The position numbers were made by a program, and so were the translations under genes. A stretch of DNA of 64,000 bases. Source: Raillietiella orientalis (taxonomy: Eukaryota). The DNA lies in contig JAYWIR010000020.1 in assembly GCA_036172245.1 (NCBI GenBank), positions 558,001-622,000 on the forward strand, given 5' to 3'. The notes under the pieces were generated by a model. It was not told where the DNA came from. It did not search any database and saw only the letters and a program-made list of their open reading frames with translations. Positions 37,101 to 50,600 of the stretch are shown here, one piece after another; the stretch's first letter is position 1; each line of letters opens with the position of its first letter.

Positions 37101-40100
37101 TAATTTTATGATGTGCTGAGATTCCACAGAAGACATAGTGGACTATTCAGGCATATGATTCCATTAGGCAAACAGCTGAACAAATAATCCACAATGACGA
37201 GAACAGTTGCAACAGTGATGGGTTAATAGCAACAACGATATATCTTTATATGGAAACTGTACAAGAATACTTGCTCTGGGCAGTAATCATGGGCTGCAGT
37301 AACTGTAGACAAATTTGATCCAATCCGACCTAGAGCTACTTGGCATCCTTTCCACCAAAATGAAGTGAACTCTGCATCTTTACACTTCATGACGACTTCA
37401 CTTTGTTCCTTAGTTGAACTCCTGGTCCCAACTTATTGCAACGGATAAAAGTGGAAGCTTGGGATCTCATTTGCATTTTCCACTTCCTTAGTAGGCAAGG
37501 GTGCTTGCATATGCGAATCCACCAAATCATGTTGGCACAAGGAGAATTTAGATGATTCATGACCTGCTCTTGCAGCAGCAGCAACCTTACTTTACCTACT
37601 ACCGTGGCGAACAGCGGCAACAGCAAGGCCGTTTTGTCGTTTTTTTGCGCGTAACGCGATGGTTGATCACTTGATCATTTCAAAATTTGAGGATTTTTAA
37701 AAACTTCAAACCATGTTGTTGTTGCTTATGACTTTCATATAGACTGGATTCCTGCATTACTCACTCCATAAAAATTGTCATAAATATCCCAGTAAATCAT
37801 CACTGTAAAACGCAATCTCCCCAGTAAATCCGAGTGCACCACTGCGATTCCAGCAATGGTTTCCAGAACATAGACATCCCAGTTTGATCATTCCTGAATT
37901 TGCAAACCATACGAAGGAGTAGCATTTCTGCCATATTTGGGAGTCATTTGGCAATGTTTGCCATACTTGCTTCTGCCGATACCGCTAATTTTAACCCAAA
38001 TTTTGAAATTGTGCAATGCAGGAGCAGTACTCTGTGCTGTCATCGTGACCCAATGCAGAACAAATGTACTTCATATGATGTCCGGAAACCATATTCCCTA
38101 ATCCAATTGCATTCTCAATACCCTAAAGATAAGGGTCTAAAATCTGGGCAGTTACAAAGGAATGTGATTAAACGGGTTATTGAATTTCTTGAAAAAAATG
38201 CAATTACAATTATAAATGCTGTTATACTTCCAATGTTCCCAATGCTTCATATCATTTCAACGTACCCGTAGAAACGAATGCTAAATGAAGAAAAGTCATG
38301 GCACGTGTCAAGTGTCACGGAAACGAAAAATAGGATCAAAGAGCTGATTTCGTTCATTTATCTGTGTTTTGAAAAATTTATCAGTGGAGAAATTCTCGCA
38401 ACTAGAACACGAAATTCAGCGCAGTTATGCGTACAGAATTCTTTTCTACTTCTGAATTATTTCGAGAAAGCAGAAATTGTTTCCCTTTCGTCACTGATGG
38501 GATGATGTGGATGCATCAAATCAAAATCCATATGGGAAATTTGAGTTTCAACGATCAAGCAAATATGTGTGCTTCCTGTACAAAATGAAAAGCAATGCTA
38601 ACGAAAACTGACAAAAGCATAGCTCTGCTCTTTTCTTTTGGGATGTACGATTATTTACAGAGCCGGCATACTCGTGCCTTGTATTGATTTGCCTGCATTT
38701 GGAAATGGTGGGAAGCCAGAACCAAACTTGAGGGGAATGTTCTAAATTGCAGTTGTTTGTAGGAAGAATCAGAAGTGGTGCATCCGATGCGAAAATCAGT
38801 GGATGCTGCAATAAAAGATCTCGAAGTGATGAGAGATGAGTTTTGTAGCTGGAAAATACCGAAATAAATCATTCTATTAACACAAGTGAGTGTTCCTTAA
38901 AAAATGATATTTATAAGATTGCCTTTTTTTTTGAACAGATTTTGGGACCTTAAGAACGATATCAGTCCATAAGAAACCTTCATACCGATATTCATGATAA
39001 TGTATCACCTTATGCAAAACTCAGTTTCAGGATTCCTTTTATGTAGACTGTTCATTATTTTTTAGTCCATATTTTTAGGTTCCAGGATGCATACCCTTAA
39101 AATGCATCAAGTATCTAGATAGGGATGAATGGCTTAAATGATCCAAGGAAATTTTCATTTTACTACTGTGATGGAAGAGAACCCATTGAGATCTCTCCAT
39201 GCATATCCAGGAATACCAAAAGCAAGAATGCATCCATTAATTACCAAACAATGATAAGGCACGAAACATTCTTTTGAATACACAGTTCCATAGATTGGGA
39301 AAAGGAAATATCTTTAGAAGAAGCAATTTAACTCAGGTGTGTGTCTTCAGAATTCAGTATGATTAGAGATTGCGGACCATTTGGAAGTCAAACGTTCTTG
39401 TGAACATTCAACTGCTAAGAATTGAAGCATCAGAAAGCTCCACTATGAAAGGAATGATTCCAATATGTAGATCTCGAAGGAGACGAAAAGGAGACGACGC
39501 CTTTCATGGAGGCCCCACTACGGCCAACGCATCATGGGACCTGCCGGGTCGCCGGTACGCAGACCGACTCGACTCTCCTTGGCAGCGGAGGGGGATGGGG
39601 GGGAAAAAAAATGGTGATTTAGTGAATCGGTGAGCAGGATGGCGTCCTGCATGGAATTGAACAGTCTTTTTTGACTGCTCACGTCTAAGAGCAATCAGAT
39701 GCTCGATCTTCATTTTTCTGCCTTTGGTCTAAATCATTTTTCGAATTCTAGAACCTCTGTAGATTTTTGGTCCTATTCTTCCTCTCAGTGCTCGGGCTCA
39801 ACACCAGAATGCATCCGAAAAAATGGAGGAAAACGAAAACCGGAGGTAAGGCGCGCAAGTTCCCACATGGCAATAAATTGTTACCCTCAAACAGAAACGG
39901 ATTTCTTCAGAGTTATAGAAATTTTTTCCTTGTCTTGAAGAGGGAACTCTTCTTTGTGAACTTTCCTACTGATGATGGTCTATAATATGGTACAAGGACT
40001 GCAAAGGTGTTGCATGGCATGAAGCATACAACTACTGGTGCCTTAATACTTCCCATTTTGCGTCCATGTTTTCGCTACGCACTCTGCTCAAGAGAAAATG

Positions 40101-43100
40101 TACGTCAAAGATAGGAGATGTAGGAAATGCTGGACCTGATTCCTCTGATGCCAGGAGCGCTGTTTCGAAGCTGCTACTCTCCTTTTAGGGTGTTCGCTCG
40201 TCTCTAAAAAGTGTGGATCAGTAGTGCACATGTCAGGATTTGAGCAGTAGCTTTTGATGAGAACACCTTTCTGACAAATAATAAGAAATACTAAGGAAAC
40301 AGAATTAAAAAAGGAATGAAATAAAATCCTGTTGGAAAATTATCAGTTGATTCTCTCTTAGGAACTTTCCAGAGCTGGCAAGATTTAGTTCCTTAGACAG
40401 ATATGGAAGCATATCTCTAGTTCCCCTAGACTAGGAACGAGATTGGATCTCCCTTCTTGGACCTCTGTTATACACCCTGATAATACAATTTTGCGTATTG
40501 CATCACCATGAGCACGTGACTGTTGAGTCAGGATGCTAGACCTGCTTTGCTGCAATTTTTGTATCAGCGGTGCTGCTTTCGCATGATCTACGTGGAGGTG
40601 CTGTGCTCATTAATCGCGAATTAAGCAATTTTTTTAATGCTGGCTTCCATATGAGATCTTGCTTTTGTAATCTTTTCTGCAGTGCAATTGCTGAATCTTT
40701 GACATTTCTGGATCCAATGTCTTCCTTGTGGTGAAGACGTCACTAGTCCTCTGCTTTCTTGAATACTGTCAGCCTCTTTCCCCGTGCAGATGGTGGAAGT
40801 AGTGCAGCTCTCTGTCTGATCGTTTGGCATATCCAGCATGATTCCTCGCCCATCTACAAGGGAGAAATAGTCCGAAAAAAGGCATTCCTGATCCTTTGCC
40901 TTCAAACTAAGACTGCTCAGATCGAAGTACATAGCTGCTCTTACCTTTTTTCCTCGTTACTGATCTGTGTCGAAAATAGCGTTTTTTGAGCACGAGAACG
41001 AACGTACTGGCCTACTGCTATGCGATTGGGAAAACTGCTCTTGGGTAAGTAGTTGTACAAGGTGTTGCTCCTGGAAATCTGCCTATCGAGTGTTTTTAAG
41101 TCAAAGAATGCACTCAATTCCAAAGGATGTGAAGGAAAAACTCTTGGTTATGGAGAGAAAATGCATCCCACTTCCAAAAGTTCGCCTTCAAAATAAGTTG
41201 ATGGAAGCATCTCATAGATAGGGCCTTGAAAAAATAGAGTGGAACCTCTCCTTGGTGGCTTAGAGTTTTCTTACGCCTCCGTGAAGCAGCTTCAACTTGA
41301 TATGAGATGGCAAAGGTCAAGAAGTCCACAAACGGCTTTAGAAAATAACTTGTTTCAACTTTGATAACTGATTTTGCTGATCCGGAAAAGGACGACGAAC
41401 CAGTGGTCACGAAGAGGGCTGCCGCCGTTAGTGGCATTGCTGTTCGATTCTCCTTGCTCACTCTGTTCCTCGGAGGGCACTCTGGCAAGCGAAACAGCTG
41501 ACATCCGAATCTCCTGAAAAAGGCTTATTTGAGGCCGCGGAGACTCGTTTTTGCAAAGAAGCTGACTTTCCCTTTCATTTCAAAAGGCTCAAACATGAAA
41601 GGAAAGGACCATTCTTAATTCGTACGCACAAAATGATTTTCCACGTCTTCGCTGTCTACCTTTAAATCTATTTTTTTCTGATCCATCAATAAAGAAAGTA
41701 TTTCATCAGCGTGTCCCTGAGGTAAAGAGTAGCTGTTTTCTGTTATTCTTTTGCAAAATATGTGATATGGCACTGGTGACGCTCAGCTTTCCATGTGCCT
41801 CTCAAGCAATCTGTAGTAAATTTCTGGTTTCACTGATGGAAACTGATTGTGTGCGTAATAGTGATCAGATTCCCCTGAAGTATCATTAAGTATCATGAGG
41901 TATCATTCGTTCATAAATGAAAAGAAAACACAGAGCAACATTCAGCATAGGAATCTCTTTTTAAGTGAAAGACAAAGAAAAAACATCCAAAGAAAGAAAT
42001 GAATATCCCAAAGTAACATCGACAGTACACTCCTCACCAAAGACACAGATCTGCTCGCAGAATGTAAAAGAGAAAAGAAAACTCACTCTTTCATATAGGC
42101 GACAAGTTTCGATCCTTAGAAGTAGATTTCAATTTTAACTTGATACCAAAGATCCCAAGGTGAGGATAATTTTTCTCAGACATTAAAGAATGAATAAGTT
42201 GTGAACATGAAGCAAAAGCCAATAAAGAAAAGCAACTGCTGAAGCGAGCTCATTTTTCATGTCCATGTAAAAAATTTCAGAATTTTGTTATTCGTTGCAC
42301 TTTGGCTGAATACTGATTTTAGGATGTATCACGAAGTCTATTGCATCAAGGTCGCATTCTTTGATCGGATTAGGACAAACTGATAAGAAATTTCTGCAGG
42401 AACACAATCAGTAGCAGAAATGAAAAAGAACAACCTTGAACTAAGAAAATACACGAGAAAGATACAGCAACACAAAAGACAAACCTTCCCTAACACTCTA
42501 AGGATATGTACTCCATTGAGAATGCTCAGAAGTGCTTGTAGATTCCATGCAGATATCTTTCCGCCGTTTAGTTTCGAATTCCTTGTTTTGGACAGCAAAT
42601 CCCGCCAAACCCGTCGTACACGATTCTCTCGTTTCGTTGAAACGTGTGCGTTTCATCCCATTCCAAACAACGGAATGCATTATCTGTGCCAACGTTAGCA
42701 TTCAATTCCTAATATCCACAATCTGCCTTATTGCAGATTCCTTGAGTTTATTCCAGATACTGTTGTCTTTTTTGCGAGGATGGTTCAGGTGAGATCCGAG
42801 ATCCGCCCCAACCCATTCCGAAACTGGACTTCCTACGATTCCCATCGACACGTCCTCGTCCTCTTCCGTTCAGAAACACTCCCGCATTTCTCGCAACACC
42901 TGCCCTTCTTCAACCCTTCTCCATCTCTTTTTCAGCAGGACGGCCTCAGTGCCGTCGAAAGCCAGGTTCGCAGCTACCCAGCATGCTGCCGCCCAGCATT
43001 CGACATGCTCAGGCGACACGCACGTATCTAACAGTGCGTTTTCGCCTCGTGTCGCTCAAGGGAACATGTTCGAGGACGGCAACCACTCAAGGGAATCCGA

Positions 43101-46100
43101 GGGCAGAATGCAGCGAGAACGTCACAAAGCTTATTTGAAAACGTTCCTCCCTTCTGTGAGGGCAATCCGTCCGCCTCCTCTTGGCTGCAGGGCAAGGAAA
43201 GGAACTTGGCTCCTTTGGCGCATATTCGGAAGAGGAAATTGCTTTCTGACTTGAAGGCACAAGAAGAAAGTCTTCTGGATGTGCTCCGTGACGTGATTTT
43301 GCGCGAAATATCGGTCCCGAGTCCGTACGACCTCTCACGTATTCGCACGAGAGAATCGCCGACATCTTGGATTCGATACCGTGCAGCCACTCACGATAAA
43401 ACATGGCATTGCCGGTCATTTCTCGAAGAAGAAGCAGCGTAGGCGACTCCGCTGATCCCCTTGGCGCCAACCGCTGATCGGTGGATGCAACGGGTTCGAG
43501 GTCGATGTTCCATCCTCTTCTTACGCACCTATCCCCGTTTCCTGCAGTTTGCAGTAGCTTCATGGCACCGCGTTCGCCATCCACGTTTTCAGCCGAGTTG
43601 AGGAGGTACCCCGTGTGGACGACGTGGGGATGACATTTTTTTCTGCCATCTTGGCAGTCGTGTTGGAAAGCAGACTCTTTTCTTCCGGTTTGCTCGCTTC
43701 CCGTGCCCATCGCCTCTCCGATCCGTCCTCAAATCGACCGTGCGTTCTTCATCGCTCTCGAATGTGCGAACGGAGAGCGGAGGCGGAAGCAAGGCGGGGT
43801 GTGATATGGAAAAGGAGTCTTTCTCGGAACCTCTTAAGAGGTTGAAAGACGGTTAGCGACCTCACAAAAGGAGCTTCCACGCGAAGGTGGCGGCGGCAGC
43901 ATCACTCCGAATTAGCGAAGCCCTCTCCTGTTCCTGCTTCACCGGGTGGACACACGTCGGAAGCTGCTTTGCTCCTCCTGATGAGCAAGTAACGCATCAT
44001 CCTCCGGCCACGCACGAATTCTCCCGCCACGCTCCTTGCTGTCCGCTGACGTCTGCGGTTGAAAGTCCAACTGCTCTCCGACTGCAGACAGAGCCCTCTA
44101 GACGGCGGGCTGCGTTGTTTCGGACGCTGTGCGAGGAATCGTCTCCTCGCCAAGAAGCGCAAGATGGAGGAGCTTCTCTCAGCTTGTCCGATCTTGCCTC
44201 TGCTCTCGTACCGCAGCTTGGCTGGGGCCCCCGGTACTTTGCTAGAATCCGCGAGCTGAAGAGATAAGCTGCAGACGACTTCGGGTTTCTCCCGGGTCTT
44301 CTCTCTAAGCTTTCATCCCCCGATTTCTCCCGAGAGATCCTTCTGCTCCACGCCCATCTGCTTCCTCTTTCCTCTGGATCGAAAGTCATCACTGAAAGTT
44401 ATCAAGTGAGTCATCGATTGTCGTCGTGACCGCCGCTCCGGAAAGTTCTCGGGTTTCCGCTTGCTGGCCTACGCATTTGGTTGTGCAGCGGCTCGTCCCG
44501 GAGGAGGAAGGGGTCCACTTTGGAGGGAAGCTGCGTGGACCTTCGTTCCACTGCGGCGGTACACGCCTGGGATGTCCCACTTTCCTCCGCGGAGCCGCCG
44601 GTGGATCGTCTCCTTCGTTTTCCCGTTCCTGAACCTCCTTCCCAGTTGAGGCGTTGTTCTATCTCTTTACAAGCTGTAGTGAAAATCCTCGGGATGCTTT
44701 TTGAAGTTGCTTCGGAGCTCAGAGACAACGATTCTCTCCCCTAAAGGCAGTGCATGGAGTGGTAGATAGTGGCCGGAGTCTCACGAGCTGCCCAGCACCA
44801 CCTCACCACACGCAAAATCTCTTTTTCTTGGCCTTCGCAATGAAAAATGCTTCAGAATAATGGTGTGCCCGGGGACGTGCACACACGAGAGCTGGAGCTG
44901 ATACCTCTGATACGTGCTATAGCGTCACGTCAAATGGTCAGAGATCTGGTAAATATAGCCAGTGGGCATTCTGAATAACCGGCGGTGAATCCGTAGCGTA
45001 CAGTCATGCAGGATGATGGCAACTGACTGAAGTCAGTTTACGTGACTTGGATTGCTCTCCTAAACAACAGTGTGGTCCACTCGAGCTTGTTCCAAAGGTA
45101 GATGATACTGAAAACCCTTTGGAAACCGATGTGCTTCCTTGGTCTTGCTTCTGTCACTGCGTAGACAGAGCATATAGAAGTTGGTAGTTGTCATCCTACT
45201 CGCTTGGCACTTCCGTATCGTTAGCGACACAGTGAGGAAAACAGACGTCTCTCTCTCACTGGCTTCACGTCGTTGCCAAGAATCATGTCCTTCTCATGTC
45301 CTTCCCCAGAGGCATCCTGTATGCTATGGTGCTTAAACAGAACCTCTTGATCGGAAACGGAACAAGTACGTTCTCAACACGCGCAATTTCTGAGCCACGC
45401 ATGCTAGTGTCGAGACCATACGTTGTTTCCTTAAGGCAATCCAAGAGGATGCAGGGGACCCAGGTGTGAGAATCGAATATCTGTTGTGCGAAGGCAGGCA
45501 GCTCCCAGTTCCTTACCCCTGAGTTGGCGCCCGCGAAGTTTTGCCGGTGCAAAGCAAACTTTGTAGCGAAGAGAGTTTTTCTCTTCATTCGACGTAATGC
45601 AAATGCACCTGCAATCCTTCATTCATGGAAAAGACATAACACATGGGAAGTCAGAATGTCGTGGCAGCAACCAGCAAATGAAAAACGAATAAACGATAAC
45701 CATGCAGGAAGGAAGAGAATCTTCTTTTCTCTGGTGGATTCGTTTCGCTCCCTTCGATGCAACAGTGGAGTCGGAGTTTGATCGTAGGAGTGCGTACCAC
45801 TCGTAAAGCATGAGAGACATCCCCATTGCAGATTCAGTTTCATCACAACCGAATCCCAAGGGATGGTAATGAAGTGGACATGAAGAAGTGCTGGAAGAAG
45901 AATGTTCATTGAGGGATAAAGCTCAAATTGAGTTTTAAAGCAAGTTTGCATCGTTTTCCGAGGAGAAGGCATCGAAACAACAGATCGATCGTTCAGAAAG
46001 CCTCATTGATCAGGAAGCGCTTGCACAGCTTATACTTAGGTTATCAGTGCTCTTGTTGTTGATCTTGGTTACGTTATCAACGGTAATGCTTTTGGTGTTC

Positions 46101-47579
46101 TTTAATGTTCTCTGTGTCCTTCAAAAAAATCGTCCGTTCTCCTGTGGGAAACACTTGACGGACGTGTCCAATATGCCCTAAGATTACGCAGAGATGTGAT
46201 TAGCTCAGTGGTTGACAGAGCTTCACGCGGGAGCTTGATTATGGTCGGTCTTTTGAGAGATCTCATGCCACTTAAATATCACGAAAGGGAAGCACGAGCA
46301 TGGGCAACCTCGCAGCGAAAATCCAAAACTAGGACACAGGAAATATCAACAGCAGGAGATGTTTCTGTGCCGAGAATTGCGGTTAATCGGTGCACCAGCT
46401 AAACGGAAAAGTTTGGTCAATTTTTTTTTTTTAATATTCCAATAGACTATATATATTCTATAACAGACTTAAGAAATATGAATTTGCGACTCTTGGCCAA
46501 TGCCGATAATTCCCTTTTCCATAACCTCCGGGAAAGAGAACGGCCTATCCGTGCTTAACGTAGCAACAGGAATTGCATGGCATGCGAGCATCGAAACGTT
46601 TTTCCCGAAATAAGGACAACTCGGTAATGAAAAGGGAAGAGCAAATCGTGTCTCTTGAAAAGGGTAAGGACAAGACGATCCTCTTGAGAAACCCGAATAC
46701 TCTGCGTTCAAGCTCATAACTACTGATGCTTTCGACCAGAAGGAAAAGGTTTCTGTGATCTTCAGGAAGCCTCTAGGTGGTGAGCTGCTGAGGAGCCTAT
46801 GTGACTTCACCCAAGAATCACGGGGAAAATCTTGATGCGCATGAGATTCAACACGTCGAAGCACACCACAGAGCTAATTTTTACTGTTGACGTCTCTTTT
46901 TCGGATTCCACTCCTGTCTGGGATTGCGTTGTTCACGATTTTTCCAGGATTCTGCAGAAGACATGGGCGGTGCCATTGACAACTACGCGAATAGCCACCA
47001 CAAAGCTGTGAAGGACTTAAACGCTACTTGGGATCAAGACACGAGACACACCAACAGCATGAAAACACGAGGTGCCATCCAGAACTGCATTATCCAAATG
47101 CCGGCTACGCTGGAACCTCCGATCTCTTAAAGAAGAGACCTAGGGCTGATTTTAGACGAGACTGAAAGATTATTCGAGAGTGCAGCAATGAAACGCTGCA
47201 GACGAGAGCCGTGAGGATGAGATTAGAAACACTGCAAGCTACAAAGGGTCTCAGCTGTTTGAAGCCCAAGTGATTCATGGACACTCTTCTCAAATACGGC
47301 TTTCATCGAGCAGCTAGGGCGGATAGATGAGAGACCAATGGACAAAACCAAAGGAAGATCCTAGAAGAAAACCGAAGCAGATGGAAACACCGCAGGTACC
47401 AGGCTGCTGCCTTCTAAGCTCAGGGATGAGGGAGCCTCTGCACAAGGCAAGCCGAAAGGTAACCTGGGGAGACTAAGAGGGGAGGGAAAAAAGTGAAACC
47501 AGCTCTCTCGAAGGAGAGAAGTGTTTATTTGTCCTCGAGCCACTTGAACTTTGTCTTGCATACCTCCGGGACCACGCTC

Positions 47580-47586
47580 TATTTAA
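47580..47586 (+). promoter_or_regulatory. TATA-like box (TATTTAA) of the vitellogenin-like gene
   Basis: Lies ~54 bp upstream of the signal-peptide ATG (context AATCATGG) in otherwise GC-balanced DNA. Confidence 0.55.
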
Positions 47587-47633
47587 GGAAACTCGCGGCT
47601 CCGGAACAACCAGCATCCAGCAGGAGGGGAATC

Positions 47634-50600
47634 ATGGCGTCCTGGAAGTATCTGTTCGTCGTCCTCCTTCTGCTTGTGGAAGCGCCTCTTCACGGTAAGC
47701 CGGGTTCCTGCTTCTTCCGAACGCGCAATTAGGAATTCCCATTTCTCCCCTTTCCGAAAAACTTTTTACGAGTCACAAAGAGGTCAGAAGATTCGTTCTC
47801 TGTTTGATTCTTGGGATAGCTTTCTCAGGGACCCGCTCTGACCCCCCTCCCCCCCCCCCTGCCCCCCCCAGGATCTCTCACACAGAAAACTTCGGGGGAT
47901 CTTCAGCTTTGAGGGGCAGCTCAGCATGCTCCTGTTGAAAAAGGGACATCGGGATTTCCCAATGTAACAATACCCGTCCCTCTATTGCGTGGGGTGGTCT
48001 CGAGGTCGCATCCTCTGATACACTTCAGAGGAACTTCTGGAACACCCTCTTCCAGCAGCGGTGCTCTCCTCTACGCGTTTCCTGTGCTCAAAGCATCTTT
48101 TGTTTATATCTAGGAAGCATCCCGAATGCCATGCGTGCAGAACTCGATCTGTTTCGTTTCAGCAGCATCCCGAATGCTGCAAGGAAGGATTTACGTTCGA
48201 ACGGAAAGTTTCCCTATGACGAGTGACGATCATGCGCCGCTTTTGCGACGTAACTTAGTTCGGAAGACCCTCTGCAAAGTGCAATCAACGTGCAATCGGC
48301 CTTAGACCCATAGACATCCGCAAAGGTCATCAAGCGGGGTGACCTCGCTATGTGAGGAACCTCATTTGCCTACTGGAGTGCGAAAACGCCCTCCCTTGAG
48401 GCATGACGCCGAAAGCAAACCCTTCCTTCACTTCAGTCATCTCTTCAAGGAGCAACGGAGCCACAGTCTCAACGTCGGCTACCGACAAGGCCTAAGAAGC
48501 CAGTGCTGGCCATCTTCAGTTGTCGAATGGTATTGCCTTCGTGCTCAGGACGCAAAGCAAACAAAAGCCCTTCCCACGAGGCCCAGGGTGGCTGTTGATT
48601 CCCCCGATGCGGTTGCACGATGCGGTTGGGGGCGGTAGAGTTAGGGACGAGGAGGTTATTGCTTTCACCCTGCAGAGAAAGGGAGTCCAAGAACCAGAAG
48701 GCATCGTTTGCCTTGGATTTCGACGAGGAAAACCAGGGAAAGCGGTTACGTCTGAATTCAACTCCGACGAAAACCGGGAGAGCGCACAGGTATCTTTGAA
48801 GCATTCCGTCCTTGATCGAAGGTCGAGAGTGTTTGCTGCAAGAGGAAGTAGAGTTGTCAATAGGCTGCTCAATTTAGAAATGAGGACCCATCTTAATCTA
48901 GAGGAAGAGAGGCCACTGCAGCTGGATGCCGCTCCAGAGGAGGGCATTCGAGGACCAGCTGCGGCGGTGCGACCGCACGTTTCCTCAGTGTCGAACTGTG
49001 CTCAAGGTTTTCCCTCAGATCGGTCAAAGAGGAAAGCTATCCAACGGATAAACTGATCCGCTCTCCCGACTGGTGCTGGACGGAAATTCTTGAAATCATG
49101 TGAGCCCCTGGATGGCGGTACATGCCTCCTGTTGTCCATAGGATTTTCAAACGGAGAAGACAAGAATACAAGAGGCTTTGACAGACGGGAATCCTTGAAT
49201 CAATAACTTGTGTAGAAGAGTTGCAAGAGCGGCTGATACAAAAAGATGGAAGGCCAGAAGAGTTGAGCGACATTTTCACGAATGTCCAAAGTCCCCTTTC
49301 TCCAAGACCATGATTTGAGGGAAACTAAACAACCATCTGGGATTTGACGATACCTTTCCATGAACATTACCGTGCTATATTGACTTCGAATTCCACGAGT
49401 CGCTTCGCATCCTCCAAAAGTAACAGCATCCATTCTAGGGCAGAGCACGCACCACAATCTGATAAATCCTTTCGACCTGGGAGTGGAATATCTGTACAAA
49501 CTGGTTCTGGAGTCCAAGACGCAACCGAAAAGCATACATGTAGATGACGAGTCTGGATTCAAGTGCAAAGCCACCTTATACATCCAACCAAAACCTTTGG
49601 GAGAGGGAAAAATCCTGATTTGCAAGGTCTATTTCTCGCTGGTGGTGCTTTCGTGACGTCAGTGAATGTATTGAAATTCTAGCTGGATGTTCATTCCCTC
49701 AAATTATTCAACGGACCAGATGACGACGACGGCAGCAGCGGGAACACAACCGAATACTTGGTTGATCTCGAGAAAGACAGATACAGGAACCGCATCCACG
49801 AATTGGAGAAGACCTTTGAAGTCCATCTGGACGAAGGGCAGCTGGTAAGCGCATTGTGGGCATGCTCTTTGTCACTTAGGAGTCTCGAAATCGCAATGCT
49901 CGAAGGCCAATTCACCACTGTTGCATTCATTTCTGCTGTTGTTCCTTGCAGTTAAAACACATCAGAACATCAGACGATGACGCATTGTGGTCCGTAAACA
50001 TAAAGAAAGCAATAGGATCAAATCTTCAGTTTCCAGTGAAGAAAGGAGAGACGCAAACGTTCGCTCTGGAGGTAGGATGTTAAAGGAGAATTGAAGATTG
50101 CTGACTCGGTGCGTTTTGAAGCCGACTGTGGGAGGTCTATGCCATTCCTCCTACTCCACTGTTCCTTCAGGAAATAAAATCATCGTATACAAGTTCAGGG
50201 ACGCCAATAAGTGCCAAGGAAATCCTATCATCTATGAACTATCCCAGAACGCTGTTCTTTGCAGCTGTTCCAATAAGGTGAATTTCTTTCTTGTTTTCTC
50301 GGATATCCTTGTAATTTGCAAACCTAAAAGAATAGTTCTTAAGTTGATGCATCAGTTAATGAATACAGGATTGAGATTCTAAGTAAGTTGAAGAACTGTT
50401 GACATCTTCCCCCTTGAGTTTTCACACCAGCGGGTACTGTCCTCAAATTTTACTTGGACAGGGATTCGAGTTTGTCAAATAATCTGACCAAGCTTCCCTG
50501 TCATAAATGGACCTTTCCCTAAAGTGCAAAGCATCACACTAATGAAAGCAGAGTGAATGAAGCGATGTCTGAAGACAGATGAAGACGTGAAGAAAGATTG

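Noticed and set aside
46196..46260. tRNA A-box-like TAGCTCAGTGGT
   Set aside because: No B box and no cloverleaf.
48520..49056. 178-aa ORF within LLTP intron 1
   Set aside because: Non-ATG start, no recognisable domain, and exon 1 already splices in phase to 49439.
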